A stretch of DNA of 64,000 bases, taken from a virus. Below, in pieces: positions 37,381 through 46,549 of the stretch. The position numbers were made by a program, and so were the translations under genes. Location: IMG/VR virus record IMGVR_UViG_3300008952_003220, positions 1 to 64,000 of that record, one strand, 5' to 3'. Each line of letters opens with the position of its first letter. Position 1 is the first letter of the stretch. Below the pieces are notes generated by a model. It saw nothing but the letters and a program-made list of their open reading frames with translations. It made no database searches and had not been told where the DNA came from.

Positions 37381-38355
37381 ATGCCCCAAAATAAAAATCT
37401 AGAACCCGTTAATCTTCCAATGACACTAAGATTTGATGAGGAGCCTACTACAGAGTTTCTTAATGATCTAGATGCCTTAACCATTGAGCTAGTAGATCAT
37501 CCTACAGCTGAGCAGATGAGAGACGTTGCTTGGAGGTACGTGAAGGCAACCTGGGCAGATGACCCAGACTTTACAAATCCATCAGGTGTATCACAGGAGG
37601 ACCTAAGTGAAAATCTTGAGGACGTTCTTTGTTTTCGAGCCTTACCGACCCCGATGGAGATTTTTAGCTTTACATTTAAGTTTGCAGGAATTGATCTCCA
37701 GACAGTGACTCATCTTATTCGTCACCGAGCAGGCTCGTGGGCAGCACAGTGCACAGGGGACAGGTTTCTTCATCACGAGCCCTGTCTCGTTCCAAGCGCT
37801 GTCGAGAACAGTCCAGACCTTTATCGTCGATGGAAGCGTCATGTAGAGGATGCTAAGCAGCTTTACGCAGACATGGTTGATACCCGTCAGATCTCAATGA
37901 TGGATGCAAGAACCATTCTTCCCAAGTGTCTCTCAACATTCTACTACGGTCGCTTCAATCTCAAGGACATCATCGGCTTTGTCAAGCAGCGCTCAGACAA
38001 GCAGATCCAACCTTCAGTTGATAATCTTATTGCTGCTAAGATGGCTGCAGAGATTATCAAGGTTCTTCCTGAGGCAAGTGCTGTAATTGGAACAAGGACA
38101 CTCACAAGCCCGGCATGGCACTATATCAAGAATGTTCGTGCTGGAACCGGAACTAATCTTTACTGGCCAGATGATGACAGTGATGAGCACATTGAATATC
38201 ATCCAAATGATACAATCTATCAGGCTCATCGATATGATCTAAATGGAACAAATCCATCTGATGATGAGGCTGATGGAAACACTAAGTTTAGACAGATGTG
38301 GAACAGTCTAATAGAAGAAATCTCTATACTTGAAGCGATGTACAGGGATTCTTAA
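37381..38355 (+). CDS. thyX: Divergent flavin-dependent thymidylate synthase (ThyX-like)
   Basis: TPME..SFTF, THLIRHRAGSWAAQCTGDR, DARTILP, NLKDIIGFVKQR; GAGGAG RBS before ATG 37381. Confidence 0.75.
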   Translation: MPQNKNLEPVNLPMTLRFDEEPTTEFLNDLDALTIELVDHPTAEQMRDVAWRYVKATWADDPDFTNPSGVSQEDLSENLEDVLCFRALPTPMEIFSFTFKFAGIDLQTVTHLIRHRAGSWAAQCTGDRFLHHEPCLVPSAVENSPDLYRRWKRHVEDAKQLYADMVDTRQISMMDARTILPKCLSTFYYGRFNLKDIIGFVKQRSDKQIQPSVDNLIAAKMAAEIIKVLPEASAVIGTRTLTSPAWHYIKNVRAGTGTNLYWPDDDSDEHIEYHPNDTIYQAHRYDLNGTNPSDDEADGNTKFRQMWNSLIEEISILEAMYRDS

Positions 38356-38356
38356 A

Positions 38357-39160
38357 TTGAATCAAGACAACTTCCAGATCGGGAGCTGGCTCCGTGTTAA
38401 GGACGGAAGTGTTCTTACAAAGACGCTTCCCAGTGTCTTAGATTGCTTTTGTGAAAAACATCCCATGACGAGTGGTCCAGTAATAGATAGATTTGAAGAG
38501 GGAGAAGTTAGAAATATTGCCTTGTTTGGTCTTCCGGGATCTGGAACAACAGTCGTCTTACAAGTCGTTAATCACCTTGCTCCTAACAGAGCTGTAAGAT
38601 CTCATGAGTTCAAAGACACATGTCCTATGATTTTTAAGTTTAATAAAATATTTTATACAATTAGAAATCCATTTGATGTTTTTTCTTCTATGGCGAGAAG
38701 ATTTGTAGAAAACGATCCCTTAGTTGACTTTGATCGAGCAATGAAAGACTCACTTAGATTTATGAGATTTAATAAATATATTACCTCTATGAAAGGAATT
38801 ATAGATACACCTGATGTTGAAGTTTGCTTTTTAAGATACGAAGACTATTTTGACAATGAAGCAAAAAGGATAGAGGCCTTATCTAATTTTTTAAATCTTG
38901 ATTTAGACAATAATGAGATCTTAGAGATTGCCAGATTTTTTTCTGTAAACGAAAATATTAAAAGAGTGGAAAAAATATTTGGCAATCTAAATAGCACGGG
39001 TCCCAGACTTAAAGACAAAGAAAGTCAATTAAATTCAAATCACATAGGTCCATCAAGAGGCGCACCGGGTTCAGGGCAGAATCTAAGCAAAGAGATTCGA
39101 TCCATGATTTATGCAAAGCACCGGTGGTACTTTGATACCTTTAACTATGAAAATTTATAA
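38357..39160 (+). CDS. Sulfotransferase-family protein
   Basis: 5'-PSB-like GLPGSGTT, 3'-PB-like IRNPFDVFSS, LRYED; start uncertain (38330 or 38357). Confidence 0.7.
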   Translation: MNQDNFQIGSWLRVKDGSVLTKTLPSVLDCFCEKHPMTSGPVIDRFEEGEVRNIALFGLPGSGTTVVLQVVNHLAPNRAVRSHEFKDTCPMIFKFNKIFYTIRNPFDVFSSMARRFVENDPLVDFDRAMKDSLRFMRFNKYITSMKGIIDTPDVEVCFLRYEDYFDNEAKRIEALSNFLNLDLDNNEILEIARFFSVNENIKRVEKIFGNLNSTGPRLKDKESQLNSNHIGPSRGAPGSGQNLSKEIRSMIYAKHRWYFDTFNYENL

Positions 39161-39207
39161 TACACATATCTTAAAGATGATATGATTTTTTGAAAAGGAG
39201 AACTTAG

Positions 39208-39660
39208 ATGTTTAAGAAAAAAATATACCTTGCAGCGGGCTGGTTTAACCCAATTCAAGCTCTAGAGTTAACTCAGCTTGAAGAGGTTTGTGACAATAGA
39301 GACTGGATTGATCTTGCTAGTCCGAGGCGAATTTTTGTTTGTCCGCCAAATGCTCCAAAGCACGTTCAAGATGAAACGTTTGACGGAAACTTGCATCACA
39401 TTGAGACAGCAGATTTTCTTATTGTCAATACACGTGATAAAGATATTGGGACGATCTGGGAAGCAGGATATGCTTTTGCAAACAAGGTTCCGATCGTCTA
39501 TTTTTGCAATGGCCTTCCTGAAGGTGCTAAGTTTAATCTAATGCTTGCGAGAAGCGGTGTCAAGGTTTGCACTTCTTTTGAGCAGCTTGAAGATTATCTG
39601 GATCGATGTTTTGCTGATGGTGATCTTATCTGTGAGCCATACGACCAAGAAATTGAATAA
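39208..39660 (+). CDS. Nucleoside 2-deoxyribosyltransferase / nucleotide N-glycosidase family
   Basis: IYLAAGWF, DIGTIWEAGYA (catalytic Glu), FNLML. Confidence 0.85.
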   Translation: MFKKKIYLAAGWFNPIQALELTQLEEVCDNRDWIDLASPRRIFVCPPNAPKHVQDETFDGNLHHIETADFLIVNTRDKDIGTIWEAGYAFANKVPIVYFCNGLPEGAKFNLMLARSGVKVCTSFEQLEDYLDRCFADGDLICEPYDQEIE

Positions 39661-39690
39661 ATTATAAAGATTTTATAATTAATTTTTAGA

Positions 39691-40749
39691 ATGTCTAATG
39701 ATTATTATCATGTTCTAGGGGTCTCAAAAGAGGCGACAGAAAAGGAGATAAAGGCGGCTTATAGAAAGCTAGCTATGAAATATCATCCTGATAAAAATCC
39801 AGACAATCCAAGTGCTGAGTCTAGATTTAAGGAAGTATCTGAAGCATATTCAGTTCTTTCAGATTCAGAAAAAAGATCTAACTATGACAGATTCGGGACA
39901 GCAAGTCCACATCACGGACACGGATTTTCTCATGAAGATATATTTAGCAGATTTTCTGACTTCTTTGGGGGTGATGGGTTTAGTGACTTCTTCGACGGAG
40001 GTCGGAGGCCAGCACATCGAAAGGGGTCAGATCTCCTTATCAGAGTTAGAGTTTCTCTTGATGAAGTCTTGGGTGGTTTAAAGAAAGAGATAAAACTCAA
40101 AAGAAGAGAAAATTGTGAACCCTGCAGCGCACAGGGCTTTAGGTCTGAAAGCGACGTTGCAAGGTGCTCAGATTGTGGTGGCTCCGGAGCTGTAACTCAG
40201 AATATGGGGTTTATGTCTTTTTCCTCAACCTGCGAGAGGTGCAACGGTCGCGGAGTGACAATCAAGAATAGATGCCAGACATGCGGTGGATCTGGAGAGG
40301 TTGTTGAGTCTAGAAGCATAAGCGTCAACATTCCACCCGGTGTGAGTTCAGGCACTAGAATGAAGCTATCTGGGCTAGGCCACCGTGATGCCGGAACAGA
40401 TATTCCAGGTGACGCCTATCTTGAGATTCTTGTTGATTCTCGTCCTGGATTAGAAAGAAAGGGATCAGATGTGCATAGCAAGATTACGATCTCATTTGGT
40501 GAGGCGGCTCTGGGCTGTGAGAAGAAGATAGCGACAGTTGAAGGTGACAGGGTTGTGATAATCAAGCCAGGGCTTCAGCCTGGATCAATGCTGTCTTTAA
40601 GTGGTCAGGGCTTACCTACTGAGATAGGCTCTCCTGTTAGGGGATCTCACATTCTTCACGTTAGTGTTTCTGTACCGTCTCAGCTTGATGCTGAGGAGCA
40701 AGCTCTAATTCAGCGCCTAGAAGAGATTAGAAAGTCTAAAGACGTGTAA
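39691..40749 (+). CDS. dnaJ: DnaJ chaperone
   Basis: DYY.VLGV, HPDKN, G/F region, four CxxCxGxG-type repeats, C-terminal domain. Confidence 0.93.
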   Translation: MSNDYYHVLGVSKEATEKEIKAAYRKLAMKYHPDKNPDNPSAESRFKEVSEAYSVLSDSEKRSNYDRFGTASPHHGHGFSHEDIFSRFSDFFGGDGFSDFFDGGRRPAHRKGSDLLIRVRVSLDEVLGGLKKEIKLKRRENCEPCSAQGFRSESDVARCSDCGGSGAVTQNMGFMSFSSTCERCNGRGVTIKNRCQTCGGSGEVVESRSISVNIPPGVSSGTRMKLSGLGHRDAGTDIPGDAYLEILVDSRPGLERKGSDVHSKITISFGEAALGCEKKIATVEGDRVVIIKPGLQPGSMLSLSGQGLPTEIGSPVRGSHILHVSVSVPSQLDAEEQALIQRLEEIRKSKDV

Positions 40750-40772
40750 ACCTCTCTAATCTGTGTTACAAT
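40744..40772 (+). promoter_or_regulatory. Sigma70-like promoter of dnaE
   Basis: GTGTAA-17-TACAAT with TGn extension. Confidence 0.7.
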
Positions 40773-40797
40773 TATAGCAACATAAGAAAGGATAAGA

Positions 40798-43700
40798 ATG
40801 TCTAAATTTAGTCAATTTTCTGTGCCTAAGCACTTTGCAGGCCTTCACGCTCATGATGGTAGTTCTGTCTATGATGGATTGGGATATCCAGATGAGCACA
40901 TCGATTTTGTGTTGCAAAATGAGATGAATGCCTTTGCTCTGACAAACCACGGCCACATGAATTCAGCTGCTCACGCACACAACTACTCAAAAAAGCTTAA
41001 GAATAAAGGTGTCAATTACAGGCATATCTACGGCTGTGAGTGCTACTTTGTTGACTCACTTGATGAGTGGAGTCAGGACTATCACGAGCACAGAGAGGCA
41101 GTGCGCCTGGAGCGAGAGGCTAAGAAGAAGGTTGCGCTTGTTGACACAGGCGATGAGAATGAGGGCCTTGTCATCGAGAATGAGGCAGAGTCAAAGAATG
41201 AGAGGGGCTCTTATCCTGCATGGAAGCGTCGGTATCACCTTGTCGTGCTGGCAAAGAACTACAAGGGGCTGCAGAATCTCTTTAGATTGGTCAAGAGATC
41301 ATACAAGGAGGGGTTCTATAGGTTTCCTCGTATCGACTATAAGATGCTTAAGGAGCACTCTGAGGGGCTTATTGTCTCAACAGCGTGCGTCGGAGGTAGG
41401 CCCTCAGGTCATATCTACCAGAGCTTCGAGGGTAAGAAGTTTGATGAGTTGACACCTGACCTTGTTGATGACCCAGCAGTTCTCAATTCTATCATGAGAA
41501 AGCTTGAGAACATGACAGATAGATTTGTTGACGCTGTTGGTGAGGAGAATTTTTTCTTAGAGGTACAATTCAACGACCTTGTTGCACAAAATCTTACAAA
41601 TAGGTGTCTAATTGAGCTTTCAAAGAGAACTGGGATTCCACTTCTTGCAACAGCTGACTCTCACTACTGTAATCCAGACATGTGGGAGGCACGTGAGATG
41701 TATAAACTTCTTGGAAGAATGGGGTCTCGTGGAGCTGAGATGCCCAAGATTCCTAAAAAGGAAGATTTAAAGTGTGAGCTCTATCCTAAAAATGCTAAGC
41801 AGATGTGGGATGAATTTGGAAAGAGTTATGGCAAATATGACTTCTACAAGGGAAGTGAAGATGTCGTTCGTGAAGCAATTGAGAGATCTCACGGAATTGC
41901 TTGGGACATGTGCGAAGAGGTCTGGTTTGACGGATCAGCAAAGCTTCCAAACTTCGGAACACCTGAGAAGCCCGCGTTTACGCAGCTTGTTGAACAGGTA
42001 AAGCAAGGGATGATCAAGGAAGAGCTTCATGATAAGCCTGAATACATTGAGCGAATCAGAGAGGAGATGTCTGTTATCAAGCAGCTTGGGTTTGAAAATT
42101 ACTTTTTGACCCTTACCAAGGTCTTTGAGAAGTCGCAGCACAGAACACTTCTAGGCCCCGGTCGTGGCTCCGGTGGCGGTAGCTTGGTCAACTACGTCCT
42201 AGGGATTACACACATTGATCCAATTAAATACGGGCTTCTGTTTGAGAGGTTCCTTGGCATTCACAAGGCAAGCTGGCCTGATATTGATTCTGATGTAGGT
42301 GACAGAGATGTTCTTATTGATGTCTCTAGAGATCTGTTTGGTGACGATGCTGTTATACCTGTTTCTAACTTTAATACCCTTAAGCTTAAGTCTCTTATCA
42401 AGGACATCGGCAAGTTTTATGGTATTCCGTTTGATGAGATCAATGCCCTAACAGGCCCGCTTGAAAGAGAGGTGATGCACCGAGCGATGGGTGATCACGA
42501 GGAGCGGTCAACTTATGTCTTGACCCACGAGGATTGTCTTAAGTATAGTGATGCCTATCTTGAATTTATGTCAAAGTATCCCAAGATTGCTGAGCACGTT
42601 CAGACACTTTTTATGGAGCCTCGGTCTATCGGCAGACATGCTGGCGGAGTCCTAGTTTGCCCTGATATTGAAAGTCACATGCCTGTCATCAAAGTGAGAG
42701 GTGAGCTCCAGACGCCATGGTCAGAGGGCATGAACTGGCGACATCTTGAGGAGAATGGGTTTCTTAAGTTTGACTTTCTCGGTCTGGCAACGCTGAAGAT
42801 GGTCGAGGATTCAATCCGTCTAATTTTAAGAAACCAGGGTGTTGAGAATCCTACCTTCGATCAGATCAATGAGTTCTTTGACGCTCATCTAAATAGTAGA
42901 TTTAATGCTATGGACGACCAGAAGGTGTGGAAGTATGTCTATCACGGTGGCAGGTTTGTTCAAATCTTTCAGTTTACCAACACCGGTGCTAGAAAGTTCT
43001 GCGTGGCAGCCAAACCTACATCTATTGAGGACCTTGCTACAATCACAGCAATCTATCGACCTGGCCCGCTGGCTGCAAATGTCCATAGGAAATACGTCAA
43101 GGCAGGCCTAAATCTAGATGAGATCACATACGACCACCCAGTTCTTGAAGAGCTGCTTAGCGAAAGTCGTGGGTTCGTTGTCTTTCAGGAGCAGTTCATG
43201 CTCATCGCTCAGAAGCTCTGTGGTTTTGACAAGGGTGCATCTGACAAGATGAGAAAGACGCTAGTCAAGAAGTCACTTGACATGAATGCTAAGAAGGCGC
43301 AGGAAAGGACAGATCTTAGGAAGAAGTTTATTACCGGTGCAGTTGAGCTATCTGACATGGATGAGAACAAGGCAGTTAAGCTTTATGAGACCATTGAGGC
43401 TTTCTCTGCCTACGGCTTCAACAAGTCACACGCTGTCGCCTATGCTGTTGACTCATACTACTCTGCCTGGTTGCACACTTACTATGAGAAGGAGTGGCTG
43501 GCAACGTGCCTGCAAACTTGGAATGGATCCAATAAGTTCGGCAAACTGATAAGTGAGATTAAGACTCTAGGATATAAGATCCTAAAGCCTGACATCAATT
43601 ACTCCTCAGATGTCTGGGTCTACAGTGAGGAGCGTGAAGGATTTGTTCCACCCTTGACAGCTATCAAGGGTGTTGGAAGCTCCGCAGTTGAGGAGATTAT

Positions 43701-44385
43701 GAGAAATCGCCCTTTTGCTAATTTTGATCAGATGCTCTTCACAGAGGATGGCAAGTGGAAGCCCTCTAAGATGAATAAGACCTGTTTTGACTCTCTTTGC
43801 AAGGTCGAGGCTTTTGGCTCTTTAGATGAGGTCTCTGGTGGTGCTGTAAGGAATCATCATCAAATCTATGAGATCATCGTTGGAAATTATGACCTGCTTA
43901 AGAAAGGTCGCCACGGTATGACAAAAACAGCGGCAAAGAAGCTAATGAAGTCGCAGGGCTTTGTTCCTAACTTTATCGAGGAAAAAATCATAGAAAACTA
44001 CGACCTTGAGGATTGGCCGCGTGCTGTTAAGATTGGCAACAGTGTTGACCTAATGGCAGGGGCAGACGAGGAGCTGGTCTTTCCGCCGCGGATCATGAAG
44101 AAGATAGAAAAGGCTCAGGTGCCTGCAATCACAGCACTGAGCGGCAAAGACAAGGGAATAGTCTGGTTCTGCATTCAGGAGATCCAGGAGAAGAAGACAA
44201 AGAACGGTAAGGTCTTCTATCGGATGCGAGTCTGTGATAATAACTCAGAAAGTGTCTGGCTACGTGTCTGGACCAAGTTTAAAAAGACCCCTGAGCCATA
44301 CACCATGTGGCTGTCTGAGGTGGCCTCTACTGAAAACTGGGGTTGCTCTACATCTTCCTACAAGATGAAGCAGTTAAGTGTATAA
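40798..44385 (+). CDS. dnaE: DNA polymerase III alpha subunit (family C)
   Basis: PHP domain (HAH, TNHG, DSHY), GRGSGGGSLV, PDIDSD, RHAGGV, KFDFLGL, YGFNKSHA; no intein seen. Confidence 0.95.
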   Translation: MSKFSQFSVPKHFAGLHAHDGSSVYDGLGYPDEHIDFVLQNEMNAFALTNHGHMNSAAHAHNYSKKLKNKGVNYRHIYGCECYFVDSLDEWSQDYHEHREAVRLEREAKKKVALVDTGDENEGLVIENEAESKNERGSYPAWKRRYHLVVLAKNYKGLQNLFRLVKRSYKEGFYRFPRIDYKMLKEHSEGLIVSTACVGGRPSGHIYQSFEGKKFDELTPDLVDDPAVLNSIMRKLENMTDRFVDAVGEENFFLEVQFNDLVAQNLTNRCLIELSKRTGIPLLATADSHYCNPDMWEAREMYKLLGRMGSRGAEMPKIPKKEDLKCELYPKNAKQMWDEFGKSYGKYDFYKGSEDVVREAIERSHGIAWDMCEEVWFDGSAKLPNFGTPEKPAFTQLVEQVKQGMIKEELHDKPEYIERIREEMSVIKQLGFENYFLTLTKVFEKSQHRTLLGPGRGSGGGSLVNYVLGITHIDPIKYGLLFERFLGIHKASWPDIDSDVGDRDVLIDVSRDLFGDDAVIPVSNFNTLKLKSLIKDIGKFYGIPFDEINALTGPLEREVMHRAMGDHEERSTYVLTHEDCLKYSDAYLEFMSKYPKIAEHVQTLFMEPRSIGRHAGGVLVCPDIESHMPVIKVRGELQTPWSEGMNWRHLEENGFLKFDFLGLATLKMVEDSIRLILRNQGVENPTFDQINEFFDAHLNSRFNAMDDQKVWKYVYHGGRFVQIFQFTNTGARKFCVAAKPTSIEDLATITAIYRPGPLAANVHRKYVKAGLNLDEITYDHPVLEELLSESRGFVVFQEQFMLIAQKLCGFDKGASDKMRKTLVKKSLDMNAKKAQERTDLRKKFITGAVELSDMDENKAVKLYETIEAFSAYGFNKSHAVAYAVDSYYSAWLHTYYEKEWLATCLQTWNGSNKFGKLISEIKTLGYKILKPDINYSSDVWVYSEEREGFVPPLTAIKGVGSSAVEEIMRNRPFANFDQMLFTEDGKWKPSKMNKTCFDSLCKVEAFGSLDEVSGGAVRNHHQIYEIIVGNYDLLKKGRHGMTKTAAKKLMKSQGFVPNFIEEKIIENYDLEDWPRAVKIGNSVDLMAGADEELVFPPRIMKKIEKAQVPAITALSGKDKGIVWFCIQEIQEKKTKNGKVFYRMRVCDNNSESVWLRVWTKFKKTPEPYTMWLSEVASTENWGCSTSSYKMKQLSV

Positions 44386-44416
44386 GGAGATACTTATTAT
44401 CTGAGTGTGCTACAGC

Positions 44417-46513
44417 ATGAAGATAACAAGAAGACATTTAAGAAGAATCATAAGAGAAGAGCTTCTTAGTGAGCAGTTTGCACAAGGCCTTGGGCACGAA
44501 CCTGGTGCAGAGCAGTATGCTTCTGATCCTGATCCCGAGACAGAAGCAGGGTGGATAGATAAGTGTTGTCACACATGGACACAGATAGATCCCCCGCCGG
44601 GTAAGATGGCACCATACTATGTTGATGCTTGTGGTAACCCAAGAGGTGAGCCCTACGTTGTGGGAGGAGAGCGCAAGTATTCATGCACATGGTCACGGGG
44701 TCCTGATGTTGACCTGGTCGATCGAATTGTAGACTTTGCTGCAGAAGAGGTCTTTCCAGATTTTATGGAAATTGCCATCGCAACACCGAAGTGGTTGTTG
44801 GACACCACAGTAGACATGGTTGTTGAAACAAGCAAGGATCTGCTAATCGTAGGAACAGTCATGACTACAAAGGGTGCTGTTCTTAAGACTGGAGTCATTA
44901 CACCAGAACAGTATGTGCAATCTCTTCTTAATCTTGCAGTCTTTGTCTTGCTGTGGTATGGCGGTCCAGTTGCATTCAGGGCTGCTGGCAATGTCCTTTT
45001 TTCTGCTCCGTCGACTGCTACAAACAGAATGGCTGGCGAGGCGGTAGAGAATTTAGTGTGGGCGAGAGCAAATACTTATTCTGATGACGTAGTAAGAGGG
45101 TCGTCAGATGCAGTGAAGTATACTGCTAAGACTATGGACGATGCGATTACTGCCTCTAGAAGCCCAGCTGCAGCCAGCCCGTCACAAAGAACAACGGCAT
45201 CACCTGATAAACCTGCAGCTTCTGTAGAGAGCCAGGCAGTAGATGAAATAATCCAGTCTCAGAAAGCAGCAGCAAGACAGGAGGCGAAATCTGAGCTTGC
45301 GAGAAGGAGCCAGGAAGCTCGAGCTGAATTAGGGACGGACGTCCCGCAACCTGTCGGAGAACCGGTTCCCCTGATTCTTAGAAGGCCCAGCTCGACGCAG
45401 CGGTCTGGGTGGGAAGACACTGTTAGAGTTGCTATGGGCGCATCTAAAAATCTTCCTGATATTGCATATACAACCTTTGCAAAAAAGCTTCTAGTTCGCA
45501 TAGCCCAAGGCTTGGAACGATCGTCCGCCGATGACATCATGGTCATATATCCAGATAACATCCCGACCAGGCCTCCCTGGCTCAGCAGCGAGCCGCCCCC
45601 ACTCAACCAGGTGTCGATCAGGCAGTTCACACTTAGTGATGTGATATCTTCTTGGGAGAGAATTCCCGGAAACCCTGCTGGAAAAGGGTTTAAGGATTTT
45701 GAGCCTGAATTGATTGCATTTAACATTAGGAATGTGCTGGCAAGAGAAGAGGCAGAGCAGCTGGCAGCACAGATGTTTGATCAGTTTCCAGTTATGTCAA
45801 GTGTATACGGGAAGCCATCTCGTTTTATTGATGAATTTTATAATAATTTTGCTATCAGAGTGGGACGCACTTCAATCAACAGACTTGGAGCTCAGTACCC
45901 AAATCATATCGAAATAACACCCTTTAGAAGTGGAAATGCTCTTTTAGATAAGTGGGTAGGAGGTAGACCGGGATCTAGGCCCCCTCCGCTACTCGGTGGG
46001 ACAAGACAGTTTATAGCCAATACCCTAGACGATAATTCTCGTGTCTATACACATGAGCTTGATCACTGGTTTAGAACAAAAGTAATCGAAAAGACAGGCG
46101 CAGACCCGAGCCGACAATACAGGGATGTCTACGACGCAGAAGGGATGGTCATCCGCGAGAACTGGCTAAAAAAATGGTGGGAGTTTGAGGCTGAGTTCAC
46201 AACAGTTCAGTTCAGGCTTTTAGACCAGATTGGATCAAAAGGTGCCACACCTGATGTCGTTAGAATACTCGAGAACCCAGTTGAATTTGAGAAATATTTT
46301 CTTGCAAATCTCAAAGGCATCACTGTAGATTGGGAAGAGCCTATCTATAATCAATTGATGCAGCGGATAAGGGGAAGGCTGTTTGATACTGAGAGAGGTC
46401 TTTACTGGGCTCTTAGAAGGGCTCTTGAAATTCCAGACCCACCAAGGAAGCCTCTTCCAGAAAATATCCAGATAAATTTGAGAAGATGGTCGACGTTAGC
46501 AGGCATAATTTAG
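44417..46513 (+). CDS. Putative head-packaged protein with an HExxH metallopeptidase-like motif
   Basis: MKITRRHLRRIIREELLSEQ; hydrophobic segment; YTHELDHW..EFEAE; C-terminal LRRWSTLAGII; ATACTTA upstream. Confidence 0.6.
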   Translation: MKITRRHLRRIIREELLSEQFAQGLGHEPGAEQYASDPDPETEAGWIDKCCHTWTQIDPPPGKMAPYYVDACGNPRGEPYVVGGERKYSCTWSRGPDVDLVDRIVDFAAEEVFPDFMEIAIATPKWLLDTTVDMVVETSKDLLIVGTVMTTKGAVLKTGVITPEQYVQSLLNLAVFVLLWYGGPVAFRAAGNVLFSAPSTATNRMAGEAVENLVWARANTYSDDVVRGSSDAVKYTAKTMDDAITASRSPAAASPSQRTTASPDKPAASVESQAVDEIIQSQKAAARQEAKSELARRSQEARAELGTDVPQPVGEPVPLILRRPSSTQRSGWEDTVRVAMGASKNLPDIAYTTFAKKLLVRIAQGLERSSADDIMVIYPDNIPTRPPWLSSEPPPLNQVSIRQFTLSDVISSWERIPGNPAGKGFKDFEPELIAFNIRNVLAREEAEQLAAQMFDQFPVMSSVYGKPSRFIDEFYNNFAIRVGRTSINRLGAQYPNHIEITPFRSGNALLDKWVGGRPGSRPPPLLGGTRQFIANTLDDNSRVYTHELDHWFRTKVIEKTGADPSRQYRDVYDAEGMVIRENWLKKWWEFEAEFTTVQFRLLDQIGSKGATPDVVRILENPVEFEKYFLANLKGITVDWEEPIYNQLMQRIRGRLFDTERGLYWALRRALEIPDPPRKPLPENIQINLRRWSTLAGII

Positions 46514-46514
46514 C

Positions 46515-46544
46515 TTGAAAATTTAGCTGTCTATATGTTATAAT
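46515..46544 (+). promoter_or_regulatory. Sigma70-like promoter (probably leaderless transcript)
   Basis: TTGAAA-18-TATAAT with TGn extension; ATG 5 nt downstream; no SD. Confidence 0.7.
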
Positions 46545-46549
46545 GTAGC

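Noticed and set aside
19814-44385. Inteins or introns in nrdJ or dnaE (also checked recA and dnaB upstream)
   Set aside because: Lengths are normal, catalytic motifs are contiguous, and no intein C/S..HN boundaries or LAGLIDADG motifs were seen
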